This document shows, piece by piece, positions 52,813 through 64,000 of a stretch of 64,000 nt of DNA. The stretch is from Octopus sinensis. Its lineage: Eukaryota. Under the pieces are notes generated by a model. It ran no database searches, was not told the DNA's origin, and saw only the letters and a program-made list of their open reading frames with translations. The stretch spans positions 27,528,001-27,592,000 of the forward strand of contig NC_043007.1 of assembly GCF_006345805.1 (NCBI RefSeq), in the 5' to 3' direction. Positions within the stretch are counted from its first letter, which is position 1. Every line of letters starts with the position of its first letter. Position numbers and translations under genes: made by a program.

Positions 52813-54461
52813 TCGGTAGTAGAATGCTGGTGTATGGAGATGTGAAACGGTGAAAAAGTGAATGGCGTTAATTATTAGGAAATGGAATGAACTATAGGAA
52901 CAAATGCGATGAGAAATGAAGACATGCATTAATTTGAAGTGATTTGAAGACTGACCGAGATTAAAGTAATACTGCATCTGATGATAAGCCATTAATGTCT
53001 TAGACATTTATCCTGCTTATTTTACTTTGGATGAACGGGGCCATTGTGTATAGAAAGTAATGAAGCTTTTAGCTGGAAATTAAGCGCAGTAAATGGTTTC
53101 ATTAACTGTCGCAATATTCAGAGTTGACCGTTATACAGATAACCGTGTTGCTGGTAGTATTAATCATGTTTCGTATTCTCTTGGAGGTTATATAAAATGT
53201 TATGAAAGGGTCGTACCAAGTAGCAATTGTGTTGCACTCACTGTCGCGAAATTCTTATTTTATTTCTTGGTATCTGACATCGGCTGCGATCTTCCGAAAA
53301 CCATGTTATGTCACGTGGTAACAATCAACTCAACGCTAAAACAGTAACCCTCTCGTGGAATCCCGTCCCGTGCAGTAGGACTGCGGTGATATTTTTCGCT
53401 CACACACCATAGAAGCCAAGTCACTCTCTGTATAAACTGTAAGACGAGAGACATTATATATTAACCTTTGACCTTGACATTCTATTAATTCTTAAAAGTT
53501 AAACATCTGGAATAAATGACCAAAATCCACCATATTTTAGTACCAAGCATTGTTTAAGACAGCCTGTGCGTCATTGAAGAGGCTTTCGTGAGTTTACACT
53601 TAGATGTAGGGGACATAATTCACTCAATTGCACGATAAATAACCTGTTGATAGGCAAGCCGTGTATGGACAAAAATGTGATAATGATGAAGCGGATGTTC
53701 ATTTTTATCATATGTCGATAATTTTAGAGCTGAGGACGGCTAAACAGAAACAGCAACGTTTTACTGAAATGTGTGATGTTTGCCATTTTATACATATTGC
53801 ATAGATATTACATCTATATGGATGCATTTACACCGTGGCCCCAGATAATAATCGTAAATTACATACCGCTTTTTTCTTAAAGGATCTGGAATGAATGGCA
53901 AAGAATAAAAAATGAAATTAAAATAATATAAAACATATTATCTACCGCAGTAATACATTTGGTAAAAGATATTGTAACCGATGGCCTGAAGATGCAAATT
54001 CAACAAAATACTAAAACAATGTTTCGATATGAATTTAACCATAACTCTATCCAGTGGGAATGTATTCCTTTATTTTTGCTGTGAACACATTTTTTTTCGA
54101 CACGAGACCTGGTTCAAGCGGCTTGAAACGGCCGTAATGGATTGACACTTGTACATATTTGTTGCTTAATTATATTCTGTTCACCTAATTTGGAATCTGC
54201 TCTTCAGAAACACTATAGAAAGTACCTTTATAAAAAGTACCTGTCTGAATTACCAAGAGCAGATATTTTCATTTAGCTGGGTTGTTTTGTCTGCACGCAA
54301 GATAGAAATATTAGGTACAAAGACCCCTACACAGTATCTTGATATTCAATATTCAAATGATATCGTTGATGTTTGCGGAATATACAGAACTAGAAAGGTG
54401 CCTCAATTTAAGTAACTAACTGAACAGAATCGTAATTATATGTGTATATATGTATATATGT

Positions 54462-54722
54462 GTGGAAGCAAAAGACCCAGTGGTTTGAGCAGCTGATCAC
54501 GGGTTCGAATCTCAGACGGGGGTGGCGTTTGTGTTTATGAGCGAAACACCTAAGCTCCACGCGGCTCCGACTAAAAGTAATGGCCAACCTCTGCTGACTC
54601 TTTCGCCACAACTTTTTCTCCCTTTTTCCTCCTGCATCTTGCAGCTCACCTGCAACGGACCGGTGTCCCGTCCAGGTGGGGAAACTATACAAAGCCGGTT
54701 CCTCGGGTTCTGCCCTTCGAAT
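54462..54722 (+). mobile_element. tRNA-derived SINE related to 42465-42851 but with a different 3' module
   Basis: B box GGGTTCGAATC; shared GAGCGAAACACCTAAGCTCCAC..GGCTCCG..CTCTTTCGCCACAACTTT; then GCAACGGACCGGTGTCCCGTCCAGG. Confidence 0.75.
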
Positions 54723-55473
54723 AATTCTGCCATTGATGTTCCCGTTGACAAAAAAGAAATGGAGGTGGTGAGAAACCTACTGAAAACCTGCAATCATTGA
54801 ATCAGTCCTTTACAAAATTTAATACCTTATCGATGAATAAAAATGCATAGTTGAGGTCCGAGGGTTAGTGTGTCAATAATTTGCAGCGTCCTTATTACAT
54901 AGGTATTTATTTTAAAGCTCTTGGGTATGCGAAATACACAAAGCAAAACCTGTCGAATTTTCAACGGAGAGATTTTGAAGCAGATTATTACTAATTCAGT
55001 CTGGAGTTCCACAATTTCTGCCCTTTTGTTGCCCTCAACATTATCAATATTAAAATGTGTAAGACATCGATATTTTATTTTAATTTTGTTTTGTCTCGTT
55101 TCTCCGATGCATTACCAATGTCATTAAAACTACAGAACACACAAAGGCTACTATGAGGTGATATATAGTCTTGCCTCCCTCTCGGACCCTTCTTGTTGGC
55201 TCTGGTTCTTTATTTTTCTCTCTCACTTACATTCTTTCATCCTTTCTTTCACTCTATCTCCCCCCCTCTCTCTCTCTCTCTCTCTCTCTTCGTACATCTC
55301 TCTCCCCATCTGCCTCTTTCATGATATCATTTCACAGATATTAAAAAAGAAATGACGTCTGAATGCAATTTTTTTTTTTAATTTGAAATTCGTTCCGCAT
55401 TTAATGGCTTCCCTTATAGCACATTTGTTTTATTGATGTTGCGCTCATTATTATTATTATTATTATTATTATA

Positions 55474-55544
<71 letters not shown>

Positions 55545-55808
55545 TATTATTAATATATTGCTTTTTTTGTTACTCTTGACATTGTATTTGCTATTCAAGT
55601 TCATATTGTCAACTTTATTATTACAAATTTTGTTGTTCGTAATTTAACGATTATATTCAACATTATTATTATCATTATTACTCTACTTATTATTACTATT
55701 ATTATTATTATTATTATTATCATCATTATTGTTGTTGTTGTTGTTGTTGTTGTTGTCGTTGCTTTTATTGTATTATTATTAGCATTTTTGTTATTACAAC
55801 TATAGTGA

Positions 55809-55856
<48 letters not shown>

Positions 55857-56754
55857 TATTATTATTATTATTATTGTTATTGTTGTTGTAATTCATACTG
55901 TCTAATCTCCGTAGTAATATTCTAATAAATTAATAAGGATATGAAAGAATAAATAAATACATAAATAGAATTAAGATTAAAATGAAACCTCACGGCTTTC
56001 CTTTTCCTTTTTCTTGTTTTTCTTTTTGAATGTAAAAAAGAAAACAATATTATTTAATGGAAGTGGCCGTTGTATGATATCGATTATTGCAATCGTGTTG
56101 ATGACGATGATAAAGATGATGCTGATGATGCTGATGAAGATGGTGGTGATGATAACAACGACGAAGACGAAGATGATTATGATGATGGCGATGATGATGA
56201 TGACGATGAAAATGGAGATGATGAATTCAAAATTGACGACGAAGTATAAGATGATGTCAACAAATGTGGACGACGAAGATGACGTTGATGATGAGGAGGA
56301 GGTGAGGGTAACGGTGGGAGAGAGGAAAGCGGTGGCAGGAGAATGGACGGCGGGGAGGAGGTACGAGGATGGGAAAGAGGCTGATGATAGGAAGGAGTTC
56401 GTGGAGGAGGAGGCGAATGAACAGGTGGGGGATGATGAGAAGGACAGGCGGGATGAGGGAGTTGAAAGAGAAGAAGGAAGAGTGGAGGAGGGGAGGGTGT
56501 GAGGGAAGGAGGCGGGGAAGTACGAGGGTGAAAGACGATGTGGAAGAAAGGAGAGTGAGAGAATGGAAGGAGGAAAGGAAAGAGGAGGAAGATAATGTCG
56601 ATGTTAATCACGTTGATTATCCTTAACGCCGGTGATATTAATGCTGCTGATGCGCGTGGCGGTGTCAGTGATGATGACAGAGATAGTGTTGATTGATATG
56701 ACGATAATTAACATCACCATCAATACTACGATGACTATCGCGCTGATACATTTC

Positions 56755-56810
<56 letters not shown>

Positions 56811-57064
56811 GATGATGATGGTGATGATGATGATGATGATGATGGTGGTAGTGGTGATGATAATGATGATGAGGACGATAATGGTGGTGGTGATGATGGT
56901 GGTGGTGATGATGATGATGGCGATGACGATGACGAAGAGAATGACGATGAAGACGACGACGATGCTGATGATGAAGATGACGACGATGATGATCATGAGA
57001 ATGATGATGGTGATGAAGGTAATGATGATGATGACGACGATGATACATTTCTATATTTAAGAGA

Positions 57065-57225
57065 CGAGGACTTATGGACATTATTTACATTATTTACATT
57101 TGACGGATATTTGTCCTCATCTTGTTGGTTGTTAACACAACGTTTAGGCTGATATATCCTCCAGCTTTCATCAGGTGTCTTGGGGAAATTTCGAACCTGG
57201 GTTCTCATTCCTAAGTATTTTTCGA
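57065..57225 (-). mobile_element. Penelope-like terminal-repeat fragment with a mutated minimal hammerhead (57134-57179)
   Basis: Minus strand: GACAC CUGAUGA A AGCUG GAGGAUAUAU CAGCC UAAAC GUU / GUGUU; GAAA has become UAAA, whereas sister arms at 41884-41895 and 41935-41943 keep GAAA. Confidence 0.7.
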
Positions 57226-57292
<67 letters not shown>

Positions 57293-57295
57293 TTT

Positions 57296-57583
57296 CTATG
57301 TTTGACTTTTGCTTTATATTTGTACAAGTTGGCTCCAAGTCTTATCCACAGACCTCAAAAGACAACAGGTTGGAAGTTCATGTTGTTGTTATTTTTGGTG
57401 CTGTACTAGTGAATGTCCACAAAAATGAAAAAAAAACGAAAATTATGTATGTTTTAAACCCTGAGATTACATAGAAAGTATTTTGCGTAGGATATGAGCA
57501 GTTCCCATGAGCGCTATCTTTTGAATTTCTGCCATTGTGGGGTTTCCTGGTATCTGAGTTAGGTAGCAATCAGCCCCTTTCGC

Positions 57584-57584
<1 letters not shown>
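57296..57584 (-). mobile_element. R4/Dong-like non-LTR retrotransposon 3' end in (TAA)n
   Basis: 57583-57467 reads AKGADCYLTQIPGNPTMAEIQKIALMGTAHILRKILSM*, the Q-K-x-A-L-x-G-T-A-x-I-L-R terminus of R4/Dong ORFs. Confidence 0.87.
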
Positions 57585-57678
<94 letters not shown>

Positions 57679-57724
57679 TATTATTATTATTGTTGTTGTT
57701 GTTGTTGTTGTTGTCGTCGTTGTT

Positions 57725-57803
57725 ATTCAGGTCATCGCCTGGAATCGAACTCGGAATCTTGGGGTTAGTAGCCCGCGCTCTTAACATCTACGCCATCTGC
57801 ACA
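57725..57803 (-). mobile_element. Short tRNA-like SINE (head plus microsatellite tail)
   Basis: A box TGGCGTAGATGTTAA, B box GAGTTCGATTCC; no acceptor stem; followed by (CAA/TAA)n. Confidence 0.65.
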
Positions 57804-58739
57804 CGTGAATATTGCGTAAAGGTTAAGATGAAGATGATGATGGTGATGATGATTATGACGACGACGATGATGATGCTGATGAGGAAGAAGATGATGATGA
57901 TGATGGTGATGACTTCGATGTCAATGCTGATATCGACAACAAGGATGATAGCAACGACGAAGAACTACATGAAGGAGACCCGATGCAAAAAACCGGCGAC
58001 GATGTCGACGATGCGAAAGTTTGTTGAAGATTTGTTTCAGAAGGAAGATGCCACCCTCATCATGATTGGTGTGTTCGAAACAATGATGATGTTTAAAAAT
58101 CCTGATAATTATCTTGTTGCGAATATTGATTACGATTTCGATACCGATAATGATAACGATGGCTATTATGATAATGTCATTTGTGTGTGTTGATCGCATT
58201 GCTGCTAATCAATAAATAATAGGATGGTTTGTTGATGAGTCACTTGAAGACAAATCGTCATCACAAATTCTGCCGATGACGATGGCGAGAGTGATGATGA
58301 TGTTGATGATGCCGGTGTTGATTGCGATGACGATGACGGAGGCGTTTCTGAAGATGATGACGATACTAATGGTTGTGATGATGATGATGATGATCACGAT
58401 GATGATTGAGGCATTTCTGACGATGATGACGATGCTAATGCTTACGATGATGGTGGCGATGATGATGATGATGATATGATGATGATGATGATGATGATGA
58501 TGATTATGATGATGATGATGATGATGGTGGTGGTGCTGGTGCTGGTGGTGGTGGTGGTGATGATGTTGATGATGATGATGGTGAGGGTGATGATGTTGAT
58601 GTCGATGATGATGATGATGGTGATGATGATGATGATGATGATGATGTCGATGATGATGATGGTGATGATGATGTCGATGATGATGATGATATGATGATGA
58701 TGATGATGATGATGATGATGGTGATGATGGTGATGATGG

Positions 58740-58784
<45 letters not shown>

Positions 58785-60096
58785 GGATGTCACTAAGTGC
58801 TGCTTTCCTGCTCGAAATTTTTTTTCACTGCCAGATTACATTTTGTGTGAATCTTCATGACCAAAAATAATTCCTGTTTTGAATTTGGTTTTCGTATATT
58901 TCATTATTCCAAAAAAAAAATAAAAAGAAAGAAAGTAATGGTACTTGTAACGAATGAATGCGACCGAACGCCTTCAATAGTTAATTAATTCCTTTTCTTT
59001 TTCTTTTTTTCTTCTTTGATTGATCTGTGTGGGAAGTTACGAGAATCCTTGGTTCGATAAGAGATTTCTTGCATTAAAAGAATTCTACTAAAATCAAGCT
59101 AATGGCAATATTATGGTACTTGTCTTTTCCTACATCAAGCGGATTTGAAAACCCTTTAACCTTTCGAACCCTGATCTGCTTGGCGCCACTTGATCCTGTG
59201 TATTCTCACCCGAACTATTTGTGCCGAAATCTGACAGGGATTAAAAGCGAGTCTGTCGTAACAACATATACAATTTCTTCATTATCATTATGCTACAAAA
59301 CAAGCAAAAATCTTATATGTATTTATCAGTGTTTTAATACCAATATTCCGCGTTGTTATTCGAGTCAAACCAGCGTTTGGAAACCCGCACCAGTTAAGCA
59401 ATATCATGGCATGTGAGCACCTAGAATTTCCCCCGTTGGAACTGTGTTACAGGTGCTAAGGGTCAAGCATGGACGCTAGATAGGATAATTCCTGAGCGTG
59501 GAACAAACGCCTTTACATAATATACTTCGTAAACTTAATTATGTGTGTAGAATATCCCTTCTCGTCTAACCCTGTGAAGAAGAACCACAAATATATTGCA
59601 GTGATCTTTTGTGTCCCTTTGCAAACCCATTTTTACTTCTGTTTTACATGTAACCGTTCTTGATAGTGCTAGTGCTGTTAATCTCGTGAAGCTTATGTTT
59701 ATGATGACCTTTAAATTCATTTTCACGCAATTACAATCTGTGAAAACCAGCATCGTTACCGTTAGCCGAACTCTGAAACAGCACCAATGTCCATTCTATT
59801 TTGTTTTCTAATGTCTATTATATATACCAAAAATTGCAGCGTGGGAGGTGTCTATAACACATTTAAGAAACACACAAAATCCGTTAGATTCACTTCAACA
59901 TTTAAATTTAATTTGTTAAAATATTTTCGTCACCTTCAGACGGCGACCTGTTCACTGACAAAATTCTGTGCTGTATCCTAGATCAGCTCACTTGCTATGC
60001 AAGTACATCTCCGTAATTATATATACATATACATATAAACACATATATTTATACATACATATGTATTGCTGTGTGTGTTTGTTTGTGTGCGTTTGG

Positions 60097-60380
60097 CATC
60101 GCAATTACTGTACCTCAACCGGTCCAGACCTTTTTAATACCATACCAAAATACGTCAAAACGCAAACGGATCCCATAAAATTCAAAAGTTCACTGGACAA
60201 TTTTCTTCAAAAAATCTCGGACCAACTTCCTACACCCGGATATGTCTCCTAAAATAATAACTCTTTGTTAGAGATGGGCTTGGTGCCCTATATATGACGA
60301 AAAGACTTCACCAGGTGGTGCTATTAAGTTAGGCATGACCTGTGCCTCTACTGGTCGAAACCTATAAAAGTTATCAAAGT
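60097..60380 (+). mobile_element. CR1/L2-group LINE 3' end; the same UTR recurs at ~48364-48437
   Basis: RNYCTSTGPDLFNTIPKYVKTQTDPIKFKSSLDNFLQKISDQLPTPGYVS*; UTR CACCAGGTGGTGCTATTAAGTT. Confidence 0.8.
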
Positions 60381-60393
60381 CATATATATATAT

Positions 60394-60592
60394 ATCAAAA
60401 TAAACAACAAGGATATCCAGAGGTAATGCAGTACGATCGTTTCATGCAACCCCATTTAATTGAACAATGCAATCATTGCACCAATTTAAAATACAGAGCA
60501 ATTGATGCAATGATTGCCTTGTTGAATTAAATGGAGTTGCATGAACGGATCGTACTGCATTACCTCTCGATATCCTTGTTGCTTATTTTGAT
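60394..60592. mobile_element. Fold-back element, 93-bp arms, 13-nt loop, carrying HHR 3' halves
   Basis: 60394-60486 pairs with 60500-60592; minus strand 60447-60428 reads GCAU GAAA CGAUCG UA / CUGC. Confidence 0.9.
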
Positions 60593-60731
60593 TTTAATCA
60601 CCTTACTATGAAATTGTAAGGATAATACTATATTAAATTCTGGTGCCTCAAATTACGTGCCATATTCATCTGAATCTAAATTTTTGCTGAACTTAACTAC
60701 CATACCCATATAAATAAATAGATAAATAAAT

Positions 60732-60789
<58 letters not shown>

Positions 60790-60819
60790 ATGTGTGTGTG
60801 TGTGTGTGTATGTATTACA

Positions 60820-61042
60820 TACGAGTGATGCAGAGAATTTCTTGGCTTTAAGGGTATCGCGAAAGACCTTGTTGGGGAGCCAACCTTCCGAGTTCTCTGA
60901 CAAGGCTTAAAAAAACTGAAGATCCGCTGTAATATGTGTGTTAGTTTGAGAGGGGAATAAGTTGAATAAAACATAATTAAGTGATCATCCTGTAATTTTC
61001 TTTTCCTTTTCCCGAAAGCCCGGGGAACTTCGCAGCTCCTAT

Positions 61043-61045
<3 letters not shown>
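60820..61045 (+). mobile_element. Decayed mariner-derived miniature element
   Basis: TACGAG.. terminal motif with decayed inverse at ~61016-61045; 60904-60969 reads GLKKLKIRCNMCVSLRGE*VE*, like a mariner transposase C-terminus. Confidence 0.65.
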
Positions 61046-61081
<36 letters not shown>

Positions 61082-62231
61082 TATTATATATATATATATC
61101 ACACGTTGCTATCATTTCAATTTTTTTTCATACATGCATATGTCAGATGGAATCATTGAGGCATATTTTCGATGGACAGATGGCCTTACAGTTGTCAGAA
61201 GTTTCCTCTTCATAAGCAACGTAATATTTCCCTATGGTGTGACATCTTCTCATGGAAAGATGAAAACAAACGAGAATCTTGCATGATGATTAGGCTCATA
61301 TAACCCCGCTCGTTCTTCCTTCTTCTCTCAGAAAATTCGCTGACATTGAAATGGCTTGTCTTATAATACTGCTTAATCTTACCATTCTTATTTACCGCCA
61401 CACTTCCATATGAAACTAGGTACACGGTGTACCGTAGTGTTGAATACAATCTGAATTTTTTTTCTCTCTGCACGAAATAAACAATTTCTATACTCAATTT
61501 GTTGAGGGAACAAACTGACCTACGCCATACTACCTACACCATAGTACCTGCAATGACCTACACCATAGTACCTGAATCAGTGAACCGACGGAAGTAGGTG
61601 CATATCAATATAGTAGATGTACGGATTAGACAAAACACTATCCATGACAACCTGTCACGTGGCACGTGGTTGTATTCGTTAGACCTGTCTTACCTCAATA
61701 GATTAGCGCACATCCTACTATCTCTCTTCCCCCCTCTCTCTCTCTCTCTTTCTCGTTCCCTAATTCTCTCTAAAACAGTGATATATTGAAATTCGATCAA
61801 ACGACAATGGCCAGCTGGGAAGATAAAAGCAAAAGAGCTGAACCCATAAAAGATTAGGGATTTCTAAAGTGGAGAAAAGGGTCTGAAGATTTGGCTGTGA
61901 AACCTACATTGGATCTTGGCCATAAAACAACATTTTAAATATTAGTTAATTATCCTACCTTGTAGTCCAACATACTCCCCATGTGGTCTATGGACCATAC
62001 CATTTGTATTCTGCCAGATCCCAAGTGTCTAAATCCCAGTCTACATCTCTCTACAGCTCTCAACCAGCACTGCGTGTCTAGTTTGCTTTCCTTAATGGTT
62101 TCAGAGCGCATCAGACGTAGTTGAAAACCTTTAACAAACAATTTTTCGGCTTTTCTGTGATGGTCGGGATTTGATCTTCCCCTATGTCGAAGCATGGCTT
62201 TCTTTACAATTTATTTCTTCGAATATAAGTA

Positions 62232-62289
<58 letters not shown>

Positions 62290-62325
62290 AGAAGAGAGAG
62301 AGATAATTACTTACATATATATATA

Positions 62326-62364
<39 letters not shown>

Positions 62365-62384
62365 AGTAATATATATATATATAA

Positions 62385-62584
62385 ATGTGACCGCGTCTGT
62401 ACCGTTGGCGATTTTTTTCCTCTGTCTTCTCTTCTCTGGATCTTTCCTTTTTCTATGTTTCCGACGAAGAGCTTCTCTCGAAACGTTAAACCCTCCTTCT
62501 TTCCTTCTTTCCTGAGCGTCCAATAATATTATATTTGTTCCACGTCCTCGCGTTGTTGTGTTTTTTGTGCTTTCTTCTTTGGAT

Positions 62585-62588
<4 letters not shown>
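62385..62588 (+). mobile_element. Penelope-like terminal-repeat fragment in (TA)n with a minimal hammerhead (62457-62491)
   Basis: GUUU CCGACGA A GAG CUUCU CUC GAAAC GUU / AAAC; core U4 replaced by C; AAGTAATATATATAT on both sides. Confidence 0.7.
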
Positions 62589-62616
<28 letters not shown>

Positions 62617-62706
62617 AGTAATATATATATGGTGATATATGACCTACGTTGGATACCTTATTCGCATAATTACTGAATCTGGGGCTTCACTATGATTTTT
62701 TAATTG

Positions 62707-63103
62707 TGTCCGTCATTTGACTGCAGGCGTACGGAAGCAGCACATTGACGGGTTTTAGTTGAACATATCGTCTCCATGACTTACTTTTTAAAGCATAATA
62801 CTTTCTCGATCTCTTTTGCTCATCCGCAAGTTTACAAGGATGTAAACACGACGACAGTGGTTGTCAAGCTGTTATGGGGAAACAGATAGAAACACACACA
62901 CATACACAATCCCATACGCCCACACAACACACAGACCCACACATATTCACGACAGGCTTCTTACAGTTTCTGTCTAACAAATCCACTCACAAGGCTTTGT
63001 CAATCCGAGGCAATGGTAAATGACACTTGCCCAATGCCTCACACTGTGGGACTGAGCTCAGAAGCTTGTGGTTGGCCAGGAAGTACCTAGCAACAGCCAC
63101 TCC
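62707..63103 (-). mobile_element. CORE-type SINE, diverged
   Basis: TCATTTGACTGC..GGTTGTCAAGC..ACAAATCCACTCACAAGGCTTTG..ACTTGCCCAA..CAGCCACTCCT. Confidence 0.82.
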
Positions 63104-63129
63104 TATATTTCTATCAATATGTCTGTCTG

Positions 63130-63167
<38 letters not shown>

Positions 63168-63261
63168 CATCTATCTATCTATCTGTCTGTCTGTCTGTCT
63201 TTCTATCCATCTATCTGTCTATCTATCTTTCTATATATATGTATCTATACACACAAACATA

Positions 63262-63293
<32 letters not shown>

Positions 63294-63935
63294 CATACAT
63301 ATATACACACATATATACATATATATACATATATATATATATATATACGTATATATATATACACACATATGTGAGTGTGTGTGTATGCCTGTATGTGTGG
63401 GTGAATGTACAAGTGGTGAGTGTAAGTATGTGTGTTCTATGCACGTTTGCACGTGTTTATACATTAGATTATACATGCTTACAAAAATACCTGAATGTAT
63501 GTAGGATTGTATGCAAGCTTTTATATATACATCTACGTATGCTTCAGAGACACACAACGCATGTGTTTTCCATCAACGCATCTTAATTGAAGCAGAAACG
63601 AAGCATTTATTAAGAAAAGAGAGAGATCAAAAAAAAAAAAAGAAAAGAAAATTCAAAATACATTATTGAAATCTTTTGAGCCACGACAAGGCTTACATGC
63701 ACACACACACACACACACTCACACTCACACACAAGCACATTTATATACACGCACATACTGGAATGTACAGCGACTGCACGCGCGCACACATACACACGAA
63801 CGCATGCATTTGTTAATATATGCATTGATGTTGAAGATACAAATATAACGTGCGCACACATACACATACGCATGCCAACATCCCTACATACATACATACA
63901 TACATACTTATATATATATATGCATACAGATATAT

Positions 63936-63984
<49 letters not shown>

Positions 63985-64000
63985 TATACACACACTCATA

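Larger units (their letters stand above)
55440..58790. repeat. 3.3-kb compound trinucleotide tract ((ATT)n, (GTT)n, (GAT)n, (GGT)n) with nested insertions
   Basis: Direct reading; produces the poly-Met/His/Ile ORFs. Confidence 0.95.

Noticed and set aside
53726-53765. Hammerhead-like CTGAGGA...GAAAC
   Set aside because: No stem II and poor stem I; expected by chance.
56014-56502. Met-rich then acidic 162-aa ORF
   Set aside because: Built from (GAT)n and GA-rich low-complexity DNA; no splice or start context.
57725-57803. Functional tRNA gene
   Set aside because: A/B boxes are present but there is no acceptor stem, the anticodon stem is imperfect and a microsatellite tail follows; treated as a SINE.
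293-63995. Most supplied ORFs ([12 protein letters not shown], poly-I/L/M/H, SINE-derived ERQSRPRRNLNS)
   Set aside because: Stop-free frames of microsatellites or SINE consensus; no coding signal.

Overview
AT-rich, repeat-dense eukaryotic DNA with one 100-N scaffold gap (48940-49039). From the SINE/LINE repertoire I infer an octopus-like cephalopod; this is recognition, not a database result. Nearly all supplied ORFs are artefacts of (TA)n, (CA)n, (TATC)n, (ATT)n and (GAT)n microsatellites or of SINEs. Supportable content: many tRNA-derived SINEs of at least three kinds, some in head-to-tail arrays; 3' ends of CR1/L2-group LINEs; four R4/Dong-like 3' ends embedded in (TAA)n; an internally deleted mariner with both TIRs and TA duplication; a decayed maT-like (DD37D) transposase; Helitron/Helentron-type non-autonomous elements; a perfect 22-bp minisatellite; and short, phase-compatible candidate exons of an unidentified minus-strand gene. 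The most striking signal is a set of about a dozen type I hammerhead ribozyme (HHR) motifs of the minimal Penelope-like-element kind. Two are structurally complete (25897-25960 +, 13333-13391 -), two carry point mutations (57134-57179, 62457-62491), and several survive only as 3' halves inside fold-back elements. No rRNA, intact tRNA gene, CRISPR array or complete protein-coding gene could be supported. All alignments and folds were done by eye.
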